From Pirellulales bacterium (GTDB lineage Bacteria > Planctomycetota > Planctomycetia > Pirellulales > JAEUIK01), in NCBI GenBank assembly GCA_019694435.1, contig JAIBBZ010000017.1:41565-105564 (forward strand): a stretch of DNA of 64,000 bases. Direction: 5' to 3'. Positions 1 to 9,934 of this stretch are shown here, piece after piece. Every line of letters starts with the position of its first letter. The stretch's first letter is position 1. The notes beneath the pieces were generated by a model. It saw only the letters and a list, made by a program, of their open reading frames with translations. It was not told the origin of the DNA and did not search any database. Position numbers and translations under genes: made by a program.

Positions 1-1
1 C

Positions 2-523
2 GCCCTCGGCCGCGGCCTTTTCGACCTCGTCGAGAACTTTTCCCAGGGGCAAAGGCAGCCACCCGGCCCGTGCCCGGCAAACCTGCAAGGCCACTTCCCC
101 CGGCTGTGTCAGATAAAGCCGAACTTCGAGCGAGAGCACCGTATCGACGCTGCCGTCGCGATACCGGCAGGCGATCGTGGCGTGGTCGTTGTCGATCGCG
201 ATCCGCGGCTGGCCAAAGGCCTTGGGCAACAGCCTTGGATGGTTCTTGCGCACGTCGTACGCCAGCCAGCCGTTGATCTGCTCGGCCGTAAACACGGCTT
301 GCCAGGCGCCGCGCTGATGCGCTGCGCTCGTCACCGCGGCGACTTGGCGCAACAGGTCATCGCTGGCCTGTTTGGCGCGCGATTCGTCGATCAGGAGCGA
401 GGCGGCGTAAAACTCGGGCTGTTGCCGAAGCGCCCAGAACCCGCCTGCAAGGGCGCCGCCGAACAGCGCGGCGCCGAATACCGACGCCAAGGCAGCCAAC
501 AGCAGCGTGCGGCGGGACATCAT
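2..523 (-). CDS. Membrane-anchored hypothetical protein, 3'-truncated by window edge
   Basis: Not in the ORF track. Manual translation from ATG at 523 gives MMSRRTLLLAALASVFGAALFGGALAGGFWALRQQPEFY...WQAVFTAEQINGWLA...ARAGWLPLPLGKVL, open to the window start. It has an N-terminal hydrophobic anchor and resembles a conserved planctomycete hypothetical. Confidence 0.7.
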   Translation of the reverse strand, partial: MMSRRTLLLAALASVFGAALFGGALAGGFWALRQQPEFYAASLLIDESRAKQASDDLLRQVAAVTSAAHQRGAWQAVFTAEQINGWLAYDVRKNHPRLLPKAFGQPRIAIDNDHATIACRYRDGSVDTVLSLEVRLYLTQPGEVALQVCRARAGWLPLPLGKVLDEVEKAAAEG

Positions 524-690
524 GCGAAAAGCGGCGCAAGTGCCGTAGGAGAATTCACCCCCGAGCGGGCGAATCGTAGGCCTGCCCTAGCGGCGGGGTC
601 AATTCCAACCGTGGTGCGCCCGTAAGCGCGAATTGGACGATCGCCACGGTGGCATTGCATGCGTCCGCGTGCGATGGAAGCATCGCCGGT

Positions 691-2427
691 TTACGAGCTG
701 CTGCCTGCGGCGGCCTGGGGAGCCGCGGCCGTGGCAGCCGCCGCGGCTTGCGCGGCCGCTTCTGCCGCGACTCTGGCCGCTTGCGCGTCGGCAGCGGCCT
801 TGGTGGCGGCGGCTTGCTTGTCGGTCAGCGCCTGTTGCGCGGCTGTCAAGGCGGTGGCCGCCTCTTCCGCTCGCTTGGCAGCGCTCACGGCTTCGGCGGC
901 GGCCGTAGCGGCCGTGGCAGCGGCGGCGGTCACCTGGGACTGCACACCGGCAATCTCGCCGGCGATCTGGTCGGCGGCCGCCTGGGCGGCCGCTGCGCGT
1001 TGGGCCGCGGCCTCGGCGACCATCGCCAGCGTGGGCGGATTCGCCGCGAGCGTGGCCAGCATCTGCCCTTCTGCCGCCTGCAGGACGCGAATCTCTCCGG
1101 TCCAATCGCCCACCACGATCCGGGCATCGTCGTGCGTAAACACGGCCTCCAAGGCGACGTCGGGCAAGGCGTCGAAGGCGCGCTGCAAGGCCCCGTTGCC
1201 GTCCCAAACCTTGGGGGTGCGATCACGACCGACCGTAACGAGTCGACCGTCATGCGCATATTCCACGGCCGAGGTGCCGCCGCCGTGAGCGTCCCATTGC
1301 TTGACGGCGGTGCCGTTTTCCATCTCCCACAGAAAGACCTTGCCGTCTTCGCCCGCGCTGGCCAGCAGGTTGCCATCGGCCCGCCAACTGACGTCGTTCA
1401 CGGCGCCCGCGTGACCGCGCAGATTCTGATATTCGCGTCCGGTGTCGGCCTCCCAGACGAACAGGCCGCCGCTGCGATCGGCCGAAGCCAAGAGCACGCC
1501 GTCGGGGCTGAACTCGACGGCATACAACCAGTCGGTGTGCTTGCGCGATTCGTAGACGACCGAACCGTCGGCCGTGGAGAACACGCGCAGCACGCGCCCC
1601 GGCCCGCCCAACGCGATCAGCGAGTGATCCTCGTTGATATCGGCGGCCAACACGACGTCCAATTCGTCACCGACCTCGAACACGCGCTGACCGGTCTTCA
1701 CATCGAACACAACGACCTTGCCCGAGTGCCCGCCACGACCGCCGCCGGCCAGCAACAGCGAGCCGTTCCGCGAGAACTTGAGCACGTAGGGGATGCCTTC
1801 CGGAAACGGCAATACGCCCAGTTGCTCAAACGTCTCGCTGTGATAGAAGACGATTTGCTTCTGCCCGGCCACGGCCACGAGCGGTGCCCAAGGGCTGGCA
1901 GCCAGGGCTGTAATGGCCGCTGCGCGCGGCGAATAGACCACCGGCTGCCGCGACAAACCTTCAGGCAGGATGGCCGGACCATCGGGCCGCGTCGAGCCGC
2001 CGCCGCCTTTCAGATCGAACTTGGGCTTCTTCTTGATCTTGGCGGTCGAGCCGGCGTTTTCGAGCGCCCCGCCAGCGATCCACGCCTTAATAATTTCCAG
2101 CTTGGCGTCGGCCAGCTTGTCTTGTTTCGGCGGCATCTCGGGCGTGTCTTGATGCGCCACAAGGAGCCACAGTCGCGAGGCGTCCGGGTCGCCCGGCTCG
2201 ACCACCGCGCCGCTGGCGCCGCCCTGCATCATGCGCGAGAAGTTGTCCAAAGCCAGGTCACTCTTGGCCATGTCCATGTTGTGGCAGCTGAAACAGTGCT
2301 CGCGAAAGATCGGCTTCACATGCTCTTCGAAGTTGATCTTCGCCGGTTCATCGGCGCAGACCGACGGCGTGAAACCGGCCATCGTCATGCCGAGCGCTAC
2401 CAGCCACGCTTGCAGTTTGCCTGTCAC
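691..2427 (-). CDS. Planctomycete cytochrome c domain + WD40-repeat protein with Ala-rich C-terminal coiled coil
   Basis: Signal peptide, CFSCH heme motif with later MPP, WD40 repeats (LASADRSGGLFVWE, LASAGEDGKVFLWE), Ala/Gln-rich tail. Confidence 0.9.
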   Translation of the reverse strand: MTGKLQAWLVALGMTMAGFTPSVCADEPAKINFEEHVKPIFREHCFSCHNMDMAKSDLALDNFSRMMQGGASGAVVEPGDPDASRLWLLVAHQDTPEMPPKQDKLADAKLEIIKAWIAGGALENAGSTAKIKKKPKFDLKGGGGSTRPDGPAILPEGLSRQPVVYSPRAAAITALAASPWAPLVAVAGQKQIVFYHSETFEQLGVLPFPEGIPYVLKFSRNGSLLLAGGGRGGHSGKVVVFDVKTGQRVFEVGDELDVVLAADINEDHSLIALGGPGRVLRVFSTADGSVVYESRKHTDWLYAVEFSPDGVLLASADRSGGLFVWEADTGREYQNLRGHAGAVNDVSWRADGNLLASAGEDGKVFLWEMENGTAVKQWDAHGGGTSAVEYAHDGRLVTVGRDRTPKVWDGNGALQRAFDALPDVALEAVFTHDDARIVVGDWTGEIRVLQAAEGQMLATLAANPPTLAMVAEAAAQRAAAAQAAADQIAGEIAGVQSQVTAAAATAATAAAEAVSAAKRAEEAATALTAAQQALTDKQAAATKAAADAQAARVAAEAAAQAAAAATAAAPQAAAGSSS

Positions 2428-2458
2428 AGTATGTCGCTGCCTTCGTGATCGCGTTGTC

Positions 2459-4891
2459 TTAATGGTTGAACAAAAACTCGCGCGAATTGAGCATGGCCCA
2501 GAATACGTCCTCCAAGCCGGCCATCGGATCGCCGGCCTGGGCCACGATCTCGTTCAGCTTGGTTACTTCTTCGGGCGTCGCCTGCCGGCTCACGCTGCGG
2601 ACGTACAACTCCTGGATCACCTGTTCGGGCGTGCGGCCCGCGTCGAGCAGTTGCTTGAGCAAGCCGCCGCCGCGAATCTTGCCTTGGATCGTGTCGCCGT
2701 TGAGCATGTGCAGGGCCTGCGACAAGGTCGGCTCGGTCCGCACTTCGCAGGTGCACACGCTGGCTCGGCTCGAGCGGCCGAAAGTGGTCAAGAAATAGGT
2801 GCTCGTCGTACCGTCGGCGATCTGTGTGGCTCGGGCACCCAGTGGCAGCCCCTGGAACTTGTCCTTGGTTCCGGTGACCTGGCTGATGCAATCCAGCAGG
2901 TTCTCCGACTTGATCCGCCGGATCCGCGAATGGGCGAAATTCAACTCGTCGCCGGCGTTGCTCTCGTTGCGCTGGGTCGAACGTTGATAGGTCTGCGAGT
3001 TGCAGATGTCGCGCACGAGCTGCTTGAAGTCGTAGTTGTACTCGGTGAATTTGTGTCCCAGCTCGGCGAATAGCTCCGGGTTGCTGGGCGGATTGCTGAC
3101 GCGGATATCGTCGATCGGCTCGACGATGCCGACCCCGAAGAAGTGCTGCCACACGCGGTTGGCAATGCTGGTGGCGAAATAGGGGTTCTCAGGCGACGCC
3201 AGCCATTGCGCCAGCACCACGCGGCGGTCCTTGCCGGCCACGTCAGGCGTCGGTCCGCCGAGGAACTTGGGCGCCATCACGCGTCCGCCCACCAGATGTG
3301 TGACTTCGCCGCCGCCGGCGTTGAAGACGATCGTCTCGCGATAGTCTTCTCCCGTCTTGCGGCCGATCTGAGCGAAGAACGCCGCGAAGCTGTAGTAATC
3401 GTCCATCGTCCAACGATCGAACGGATGGTTGTGGCACTGGGCACACTGCGTGCGAATGCCCATGAACACCTGCGCCACGTTTTCGGCCAGCTTCAGCGTG
3501 TTTCGCTCGATCTGATAGAAGTTCGTCGCCGGGCTGGTAAAGGTGCCGCCCGTGGCGCTGAGCATGTCCTGCACCATCTTGTTCAGCGGCACGTTCGACG
3601 AAATCTGTTCGGTGAGCCAGTTGTTGTAGAGAAACGCCGATTTGTAGCTGACCTCGTTCGTCGAGCGGATCATCAACAGCTCGGCCCACTTCAGTGCCCA
3701 GATCTCCGAAAACTCCTTGCGCTCCAGCAAGCGGTCGACCAGCAAGGCCCGCTTGTTGGACGCCGGGTCCGACATAAACGCCTGGTAATCTTCAGCCGAC
3801 GGCAGCCGGCCGGTGATATCGAGCGTCGCCCGGCGCAGGAACACCTCGTCGGTGCAGATCTCGCTGGGCAGAATCCGGAGCTTGCGCAGCTTGGCGTTGA
3901 CCAGCTCGTCGATGTAGTTCACCGGCGTTTCGGTCGGCGGCGTGTATTGCAATCCCTTCGGCAGGACCAGCACCTGGCTGCCGACGGTGTGCGTCGCAAA
4001 CCGGGCCATGACGAAGGCCTCGCCCCGTGCAGCCGCGGTGATCTTGCCGTTCGGGTCGATCGCAGCCGAGTTGTCGTTGTTCGACAGGAACAAGGCCAGG
4101 CTCGTGACGTCGCGGTCCGTGCCATCGGCGTATTTGGCCCGTACGATCATCTGCTGCGTGGCGCCTTCGCCTTCGAGGACCGCCTGGCGCGGAAACAGTT
4201 CGACCGAGACGACGGCCGGAACCTCGCCGGGGTCATTGGCCGCACCACCGGCGAGCCAGCGTTCGAGCGTCTGGTACATTTCCGAACCAACCTCGAACCG
4301 TTTACCGCCCGTGTGCGGAACGGTGCCGACGGATTTCTCCAACAACAGGCTCTCCTGTGGCACCGCGAGGTTGATCCGGCGGAAGCCGATCTCCCGAGTC
4401 AAACGGTGGTGATCGCCCGCCGGATCGAAGCCGAACAGCGACAGGTTGAAACCGTCCTTACCGCGGGCCGCGCCGTGGCAGCTTCCCGTGTTGCAGCCGG
4501 CCCGCATGAAGACAGGCATCACATCGAGGCGAAAGCTGATCGGCCGGTCGGCCGTGGCGCCGACGACTGCGACGGGGATCTCATGCGCCATACCGGCGAA
4601 TTCGACCTTGAGCGACGTTTGCCCGTCGGCCACCGGGTACAGCGTGCGGCCATCGAGCCGTGCAAATTCGGGCTGCGCCAGCGCGAATTGCGCTTCAGCC
4701 GTCACGTCTTGTGTGACGCCGTCGGCGCGGGTTGCTTGCACGATCAACTGCTGACGATCGAGCTGGGTGTGGAGCGCGACGTCCGGCGGAAAGACCTCGA
4801 GCTTCGTCCACGGCTGATCCTGGGCATGCGTCGTCGCCACCAGGGCGAAGACGCTGACGCATGCGCACGCGATGAATTTGATTCGGGCCAC
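2459..4891 (-). CDS. DUF1549/DUF1553 (PSCyt2/PSD1) protein with Ig-like Big_2 domains
   Basis: Signal peptide and motifs GCNTGSCHG, FLRRATLDITGRLPS, CAQCHNHPFDRW, NRVWQHFFGVGIVEP, EPTLSQALH, SREFLFNH. SD AAGGAA precedes the GTG start. Confidence 0.92.
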   Translation of the reverse strand: MARIKFIACACVSVFALVATTHAQDQPWTKLEVFPPDVALHTQLDRQQLIVQATRADGVTQDVTAEAQFALAQPEFARLDGRTLYPVADGQTSLKVEFAGMAHEIPVAVVGATADRPISFRLDVMPVFMRAGCNTGSCHGAARGKDGFNLSLFGFDPAGDHHRLTREIGFRRINLAVPQESLLLEKSVGTVPHTGGKRFEVGSEMYQTLERWLAGGAANDPGEVPAVVSVELFPRQAVLEGEGATQQMIVRAKYADGTDRDVTSLALFLSNNDNSAAIDPNGKITAAARGEAFVMARFATHTVGSQVLVLPKGLQYTPPTETPVNYIDELVNAKLRKLRILPSEICTDEVFLRRATLDITGRLPSAEDYQAFMSDPASNKRALLVDRLLERKEFSEIWALKWAELLMIRSTNEVSYKSAFLYNNWLTEQISSNVPLNKMVQDMLSATGGTFTSPATNFYQIERNTLKLAENVAQVFMGIRTQCAQCHNHPFDRWTMDDYYSFAAFFAQIGRKTGEDYRETIVFNAGGGEVTHLVGGRVMAPKFLGGPTPDVAGKDRRVVLAQWLASPENPYFATSIANRVWQHFFGVGIVEPIDDIRVSNPPSNPELFAELGHKFTEYNYDFKQLVRDICNSQTYQRSTQRNESNAGDELNFAHSRIRRIKSENLLDCISQVTGTKDKFQGLPLGARATQIADGTTSTYFLTTFGRSSRASVCTCEVRTEPTLSQALHMLNGDTIQGKIRGGGLLKQLLDAGRTPEQVIQELYVRSVSRQATPEEVTKLNEIVAQAGDPMAGLEDVFWAMLNSREFLFNH

Positions 4892-4935
4892 GTTCGTGTT
4901 CCTTTACGCCGGCCAGCGGCGGGGTTGCAGCAGGT

Positions 4936-7428
4936 TTATTGGGGTGCAGCAGGGGGGTCGGCCGGGGCGGGGGGCTCCGCCGGTGCCGGTTCTTCGGCGG
5001 CCTTTTTCTTGGCTTGTTCACGATCCAGCCGCAGCTTCTCGAGCCGCGTCAGACGCTTCTCCATCGGCATCGGCGCGGCCTCGGGCATCGGGGCTGCGGC
5101 CGGTTGCGGTGCGGCGTCGGCCTTCGGTGGCAGCGGTTCGTCAATCCGCAATTCGCCGGTGCCCAGCATGTGCGTGATGGGCTCGCCGTTGGCCATGATC
5201 ACCGCGCGGCAGAGCAACGTCTTGTGACGCCCCACCGGCGAGTTGGCGGTCGTCTTGACCTTGAAGATCGCTTCGGTCGAATCCTTGGTGATTTGAATCG
5301 GCTCGGCGGTGACTTCGTTGGGCAGACCGAGCAATTCGACCGTGGCCGCGCCCTCGAAATCCTTGTTCTTGGTCACCGCGATCACCACCTCGGTTTCCTG
5401 GCCTTTTTCGACGGCCGCGCCGTTGAAGGCGAAGCTCAGGTACGGTTCGGTGACAGTCAAGTCGGCCATTTGCGTCGACACCAGCACGGTGCCGTTGCCC
5501 ACGGTCGCCTCGCCCAACACGGGCAGCTTCCAGGTCCGCACCTCGGCGCCGCCGTTGGCGTTCAACGGGATCACCGCTTCGGTCTGGCCCTCGGGAATCG
5601 CGATGCCACCCGCGGCGCCGACGCCGGAAGGCGCGTAGAGCAGATACACAGAAATCGGCGCGGTAAAACCTTCGGCCCGCGTGGCGACGATTTTCAGATT
5701 CATGTTGCCGTCGCGCACCAACGGCACCTGTGGCTGCACGATTTCGAGTTTGAACGGCGCGGCTTCGGTGACCGCCGTGGCCAGGCGATAAGTCGGATGC
5801 TGCCACACGTGGATGTTGTTCTGACCGCGCACCAGCGAAGTCATCTGCACCAGGTGTCCCTCGACGCTCTGCAGGTTTGCGTCCGTGGGGCGGCCGACGA
5901 CGTCGACCAGACCACCGGCCATTGCTGCGTCATCTGCTGCGGTCAACAGCACGGGCACAATCGTCTGATTAGCCGGCATCGACGGGATTTCGGCCGACAC
6001 GCCGGCGGGCAGGCCTGCCAGCGAAATCGCCAGATCGCCGCCAAAGTCGGCGCGGGAGGCGCTCACCAGGAACGAGGTACGGTTCCCCTTCGGAATTTGC
6101 GCCACGATGTCGACGAATTGCTGCCGCTCCGGCAGTCCCATCGTCAACAGGGGCGTGACCGGGGTTACTTCGATGCGATAGGCGTAGTTGACGCCACCCT
6201 TGCCGAGGTGATCGTTCAACACCAGGACGTAGTCATCTTCTTCCGGCGCGGTGAACCGGACGTAGCTGTCGGGCCCGGCGCTGTCGTCGTTGCCGCCGAT
6301 CCCTGCGCCGCCGCTGCGATAAACGTTCAACACCGGGTCGAGCGGCGAACGCAATCCCCGAGCAAACACTCGCACATCGAAGGCCTGGCCGGCCGTCGCG
6401 TGGAACTTGAAGCAATCGACGTCGCCGGCCGCGCCGATCACGCCGCCGATGCCGATCGGCGCCGTCACGGGCGTGGCCTCGCCGAGGCCGTTGTTCGGTT
6501 CGGTTTCCAGCGCGTTGTCGAGATTGCCCAGGCGGAACACCAGCCCCGACGGCGAGACGCCGTTGCCGTCCTGAGTCGTGAGCGTGAAGTTGGGCAACAG
6601 CACGTCCGGCAGCTTTACGTTTTCGGTGCGCTCGCCAAGCACGTCGCCCAGCCAGCGCACTTCGAGCGTTTGCCCCGGCTTGCCCCCGGCCGGCAGCACG
6701 GCCGTCGGGCGCGGGTACGTGCCGATGTGTGCGCGATACATGCAGTTGCCGTCGCCGCCGTACGAGCTTTCGCGGATCTGCACGATGTAACGGCCGTCCT
6801 CGGGGACCACCAGCGACGCCACGCCGTCTTGCCAGACCAGCGCCGAATCGTCGGCGTTGCTCAGCTCGAACCGCTTGGTGTCCATGATGGCCACATAGGG
6901 ATCGAAGAACACATTCCCCAGGCGAATCCCTTCGATTTCGACCGACAGGCGCTGGCCCTTGGCGCAATCGACGGCGAAGTAATCGACGTCTTCGGACAAA
7001 ACGACGCCGTTGACGGTCACGTTGAGCGGAATCTGCTGCGGCGCTTCGTAATCGCTGTTGGGCTCAGTCTCTTGCAATTCGGGCATCGCGCCGATGCTGA
7101 ACGTGCGCAGATTGCTGATGCCGGAGGCCGTACGCAGCCGTACGCCGTGTTGACCAAGCCGGCAATCGGGGGCGATCGTCAACTTGGCCCGGACCACGCC
7201 GTCCTCGGCCTGCAGGCTGTCGACCTGGATCCCCGGCTCGTAGAGAACGATCTCTTGCGTGTCGGCCAGGCGCGCCCCGCCGAAGGCGATTTCGACTTGG
7301 GTGCCGCGCTGTGCGCCCCAGGGGCTGATCGAGCCCAGCGCCGGACTGGCCGCGAAAACGAAGGCAGCGCTGAACTGCAATGCAGCGGCGAGCGCCGCTG
7401 CCTGACAGGCCGTGCGAACGTGCATCAC
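4936..7428 (-). CDS. PPC (pre-peptidase C-terminal) domain secreted protein
   Basis: Signal peptide, ETEPN and DVDYF/DVDCF repeats, NDDS motifs, Pro/Ala-rich tail. Usual partner of DUF1501/DUF1549 genes. Confidence 0.85.
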   Translation of the reverse strand: MMHVRTACQAAALAAALQFSAAFVFAASPALGSISPWGAQRGTQVEIAFGGARLADTQEIVLYEPGIQVDSLQAEDGVVRAKLTIAPDCRLGQHGVRLRTASGISNLRTFSIGAMPELQETEPNSDYEAPQQIPLNVTVNGVVLSEDVDYFAVDCAKGQRLSVEIEGIRLGNVFFDPYVAIMDTKRFELSNADDSALVWQDGVASLVVPEDGRYIVQIRESSYGGDGNCMYRAHIGTYPRPTAVLPAGGKPGQTLEVRWLGDVLGERTENVKLPDVLLPNFTLTTQDGNGVSPSGLVFRLGNLDNALETEPNNGLGEATPVTAPIGIGGVIGAAGDVDCFKFHATAGQAFDVRVFARGLRSPLDPVLNVYRSGGAGIGGNDDSAGPDSYVRFTAPEEDDYVLVLNDHLGKGGVNYAYRIEVTPVTPLLTMGLPERQQFVDIVAQIPKGNRTSFLVSASRADFGGDLAISLAGLPAGVSAEIPSMPANQTIVPVLLTAADDAAMAGGLVDVVGRPTDANLQSVEGHLVQMTSLVRGQNNIHVWQHPTYRLATAVTEAAPFKLEIVQPQVPLVRDGNMNLKIVATRAEGFTAPISVYLLYAPSGVGAAGGIAIPEGQTEAVIPLNANGGAEVRTWKLPVLGEATVGNGTVLVSTQMADLTVTEPYLSFAFNGAAVEKGQETEVVIAVTKNKDFEGAATVELLGLPNEVTAEPIQITKDSTEAIFKVKTTANSPVGRHKTLLCRAVIMANGEPITHMLGTGELRIDEPLPPKADAAPQPAAAPMPEAAPMPMEKRLTRLEKLRLDREQAKKKAAEEPAPAEPPAPADPPAAPQ

Positions 7429-7651
7429 GATTCCCCACGGGCACTGCCGTTCGCGCTACCGATCGCCCCAGCGACGGTGCGGCGACTCGACCATGCCGTA
7501 TTGGGCCCGTGGCGCTCCTGCGCACATTGAGACCGGGCCAATTCGCCGAATCACGCGCGGCGCATCCAGCACCGGCGGCGCAGCGTTCAAGTGGGTAGGA
7601 CTCGCGGTTGGCGTCGCTGCGCGCCGGTGCCCGCGAGTTCAGGCGTGTGGG

Positions 7652-8983
7652 TCAGACGATCAGGTTCTTGCGGACCTTACCGCCGTCGACAATCTCGATC
7701 GGGCGATTGCCGGGAGCCATCAGCTCTTTGTCGGCAATGATGCCCATCTGGTAGTAAATCGTGGTGAACAGGTCGGCCGGCTCGATGGGGTCGTCCTCCG
7801 GTTCGCTGGCCGTCGAATTCGAGCTGCCGAAGATCGTGCCCGGTTTGACGCCGCCACCGGCGAGCACCACGCTGAATACCTTCGGCCAGTGATCGCGGCC
7901 GGCGGTGCCGTTGATCTTCGGCGTGCGGCCGAATTCGCTCGACACCATCACCAGCGTCTCGCTCAATAGACCGCTCCTGTCGAGATCGCGAATCAGGGTG
8001 GCAAACGCCTGATCGAAGGCCGGCATCTGGCCACGCATCCCCGACGCGATCGAGTTGTGCATGTCCCAGCCGCCGTAGGTCAGCGTGACAAGCCGCACGC
8101 CTGCGGCCACCAGCCGCCGCGCCATGAGCATCCGCTGGCCGGCTTCATGGCGACCGTATTCATCGCGAATCGCGGCAGGTTCGGCGTCGATATTAAACGC
8201 CTCGCGGGCCTGCGGCGAGCTGATCAGGCTGTAAGCCCGGTCGTAGAACGTGTTCATCGCGTCGACCGAATCGGCCTTTTCGCGCTTGGCGAAATAGTCG
8301 TTCACCGCCTCGAGTGCCGAACGGCGCCGGCCGAAGCGAGCATCGTCGACACCCTCGGGCAGGTTCAAATCGAGCACGCGGAAACCGTTCGAGGCGGGGT
8401 CCGAACCCAGGCTGAAGGGGGCAAACGACGAACTCAGATAGCCGGTGCCGGCAAACTCGTTGGGCTGATTCGGGATGCAAACATAAGGCGGCAGGTTGTT
8501 TCGCGGCCCATACTCGTGACTGATCACACTGCCGATGCTGGGAAACACCAGCGCCGGGCTCGGCCGATAGCCGGTAAACATGTTGTGCGTGCCGCGCTCG
8601 TGCGCCGCTTCGCCGTGGGTCATCGAGCGGATGACGCACAGCTTGTCGGCCAACTGGGCCGTGTTGGGCAGCGTGTCGCAAAACACCTGGCCGGGAATTG
8701 TCGTCTGGACCGTGCCCAACTCGCCGCGATATTCGACGGGCGCGTACGGCTTCGGATCGAACGTTTCCTGATGGGCGATACCACCGGGCAGAAAGATGTG
8801 GATTGCACTCTTGGCCTTTGCCTCGACAAAGTCGTAGGCCTTCTGGTCAGCCCGCGCGGCCTTGATGTGCAGCAAGTCGCCGAGGGTGAGTCCCAGACCG
8901 CCCAAGGCGCCCACCGTCAAAAATCCACGCCGGTCGAGCGCTCCGGGTCGAACGGCGCGTTGCAAGATCCTCTGTCCCATCAT
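7652..8983 (-). CDS. DUF1501 domain protein (Tat substrate)
   Basis: Twin-arginine motif DRRGFL, plus FLPGGIAHQETFDPKP, GGWDMH, SEFGRTPKIN, GRDHWP. SD GGAGA upstream of ATG 8983. Confidence 0.93.
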   Translation of the reverse strand: MMGQRILQRAVRPGALDRRGFLTVGALGGLGLTLGDLLHIKAARADQKAYDFVEAKAKSAIHIFLPGGIAHQETFDPKPYAPVEYRGELGTVQTTIPGQVFCDTLPNTAQLADKLCVIRSMTHGEAAHERGTHNMFTGYRPSPALVFPSIGSVISHEYGPRNNLPPYVCIPNQPNEFAGTGYLSSSFAPFSLGSDPASNGFRVLDLNLPEGVDDARFGRRRSALEAVNDYFAKREKADSVDAMNTFYDRAYSLISSPQAREAFNIDAEPAAIRDEYGRHEAGQRMLMARRLVAAGVRLVTLTYGGWDMHNSIASGMRGQMPAFDQAFATLIRDLDRSGLLSETLVMVSSEFGRTPKINGTAGRDHWPKVFSVVLAGGGVKPGTIFGSSNSTASEPEDDPIEPADLFTTIYYQMGIIADKELMAPGNRPIEIVDGGKVRKNLIV

Positions 8984-9103
8984 CGTTGATTCTCCATCCA
9001 ATTGATGGCATTCACGGCATGAAACAATTTAGCCATTCGCAAACTCGCGTGGGGGCGCGCGTCAGCGCAGCCGCGCATGTGCCTGGTTGAGTGAACTCTG
9101 CAA

Positions 9104-9136
9104 AATCGATGCGCAAGTCCGGTTGCTGCATCGATT
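9104..9136 (-). promoter_or_regulatory. Stem-loop in 5' leader of the DUF1501 operon with GGA in the loop (candidate CsrA site)
   Basis: Minus strand reads AATCGATGC-A-GCAA-CCGGAC-TTGC-GCATCGATT: 13-bp stem with one bulge and a 6-nt loop containing GGA. Confidence 0.45.
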
Positions 9137-9234
9137 CGGGTAGGTGTGGCGGACCGGATGGCGTGGTTGCTCGAAGCTTAGTCCTGGCCGATGGTCCGCG
9201 TCGGCCGGGCGCTTGCCACGATGCAACGCCACTG

Positions 9235-9263
9235 AGACTACTCGACCGGGTGGGCGCTGTCAA
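9235..9263 (-). promoter_or_regulatory. sigma70-type promoter of the DUF1501 operon
   Basis: Minus strand TTGACA-17 nt-TAGTCT. Confidence 0.7.
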
Positions 9264-9409
9264 AGGTTTGCGATCCGTCGAACGTCCAAAGTTCAATGTC
9301 GCAAACAAGTTTCGCAGACAAGATTGGTCGAGCGCCCCGTTTCGCACGCAGGACCCCCAGAGGTGCCAACGGACTGCGAGATGGGCACCAACGCTTTGGC
9401 CCCCCGGGA

Positions 9410-9455
9410 GGGAAAAGGAACAGCCGGCACGGGAGCTGATTTCCCGGGCCGGCTG
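9410..9455 (-). terminator. Probable intrinsic terminator after csrA
   Basis: Minus strand CAGCCGGCCCGGGAA-ATCAG-CTCCCGTGCCGGCTG followed by TTCCTTTTCC, about 55 nt after the csrA stop. Confidence 0.55.
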
Positions 9456-9509
9456 GAAGATTTTCGGATTTTCGCGGATCGCGAGCGCCGCGCCAGGCAG
9501 ACGGACCGA

Positions 9510-9710
9510 TTACGAGCGGGCGGGCAGATTCGCAGCCACCGACATTGCCTGGGCCGACTCGACGTCGTCGAGCTCGGCGCGAAGCACGAGCATGTCGGCC
9601 GGAGCCTCGATGCCCAATCGCACCTTGTCGCCCGCAACACGGACAACGGTGACCACGATCGAGTCGCCCAATTTGATCCGTTCGCTCTGCCTCCGCGAGA
9701 GTACCAACAT
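9510..9710 (-). CDS. csrA: Carbon storage regulator CsrA
   Basis: MLVLSRRQSERIKLGDSIVVTVVRVAGDKVRLGIEAPADMLVLRAEL is the canonical CsrA/RsmA signature. Strong SD GGAGGTG. Confidence 0.93.
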   Translation of the reverse strand: MLVLSRRQSERIKLGDSIVVTVVRVAGDKVRLGIEAPADMLVLRAELDDVESAQAMSVAANLPARS

Positions 9711-9718
9711 CGCATTCA

Positions 9719-9773
9719 CCTCCGTGTTGAATGATAGTATATATATGTACACTTAGCCCAGGGGCGTCGTCAA
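9719..9773 (-). promoter_or_regulatory. csrA upstream region: AT-rich promoter-like segment and SD matching the CsrA consensus
   Basis: Minus strand TTGACG...GTACATATATATACT...CACGGAGGTG. The -35/-10 spacing is imperfect. Confidence 0.4.
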
Positions 9774-9934
9774 CCTCACTGTCGACGAGCATCCCGGCGT
9801 ACTGGGCGATGCAATCCAACCGCTGGCCGATGAGCGATCCGGCTGCTTGCGCGGCGACGCATCGGCTTGTCGCCACCGCGCGTGTTTTGGTTTTGTGCAC
9901 ACCTCGCAGAGCACGAGCCGTCGCTCTGGGAGTT

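Noticed and set aside
700..1020. GCC/GCG-rich repeat-like DNA
   Set aside because: It encodes the Ala-rich coiled coil of the WD40 protein and is not an independent repeat or array.
4936..7428. Subtilase serine protease
   Set aside because: No S8 catalytic motifs (HGT, GTSMA) seen, only PPC/Ig-like domains.
649..7530. Long plus-strand ORFs (599, 694, 863 aa) and similar antisense ORFs throughout the window
   Set aside because: These are antisense shadows of real genes, expected from high-GC codon bias, with no recognisable motifs.
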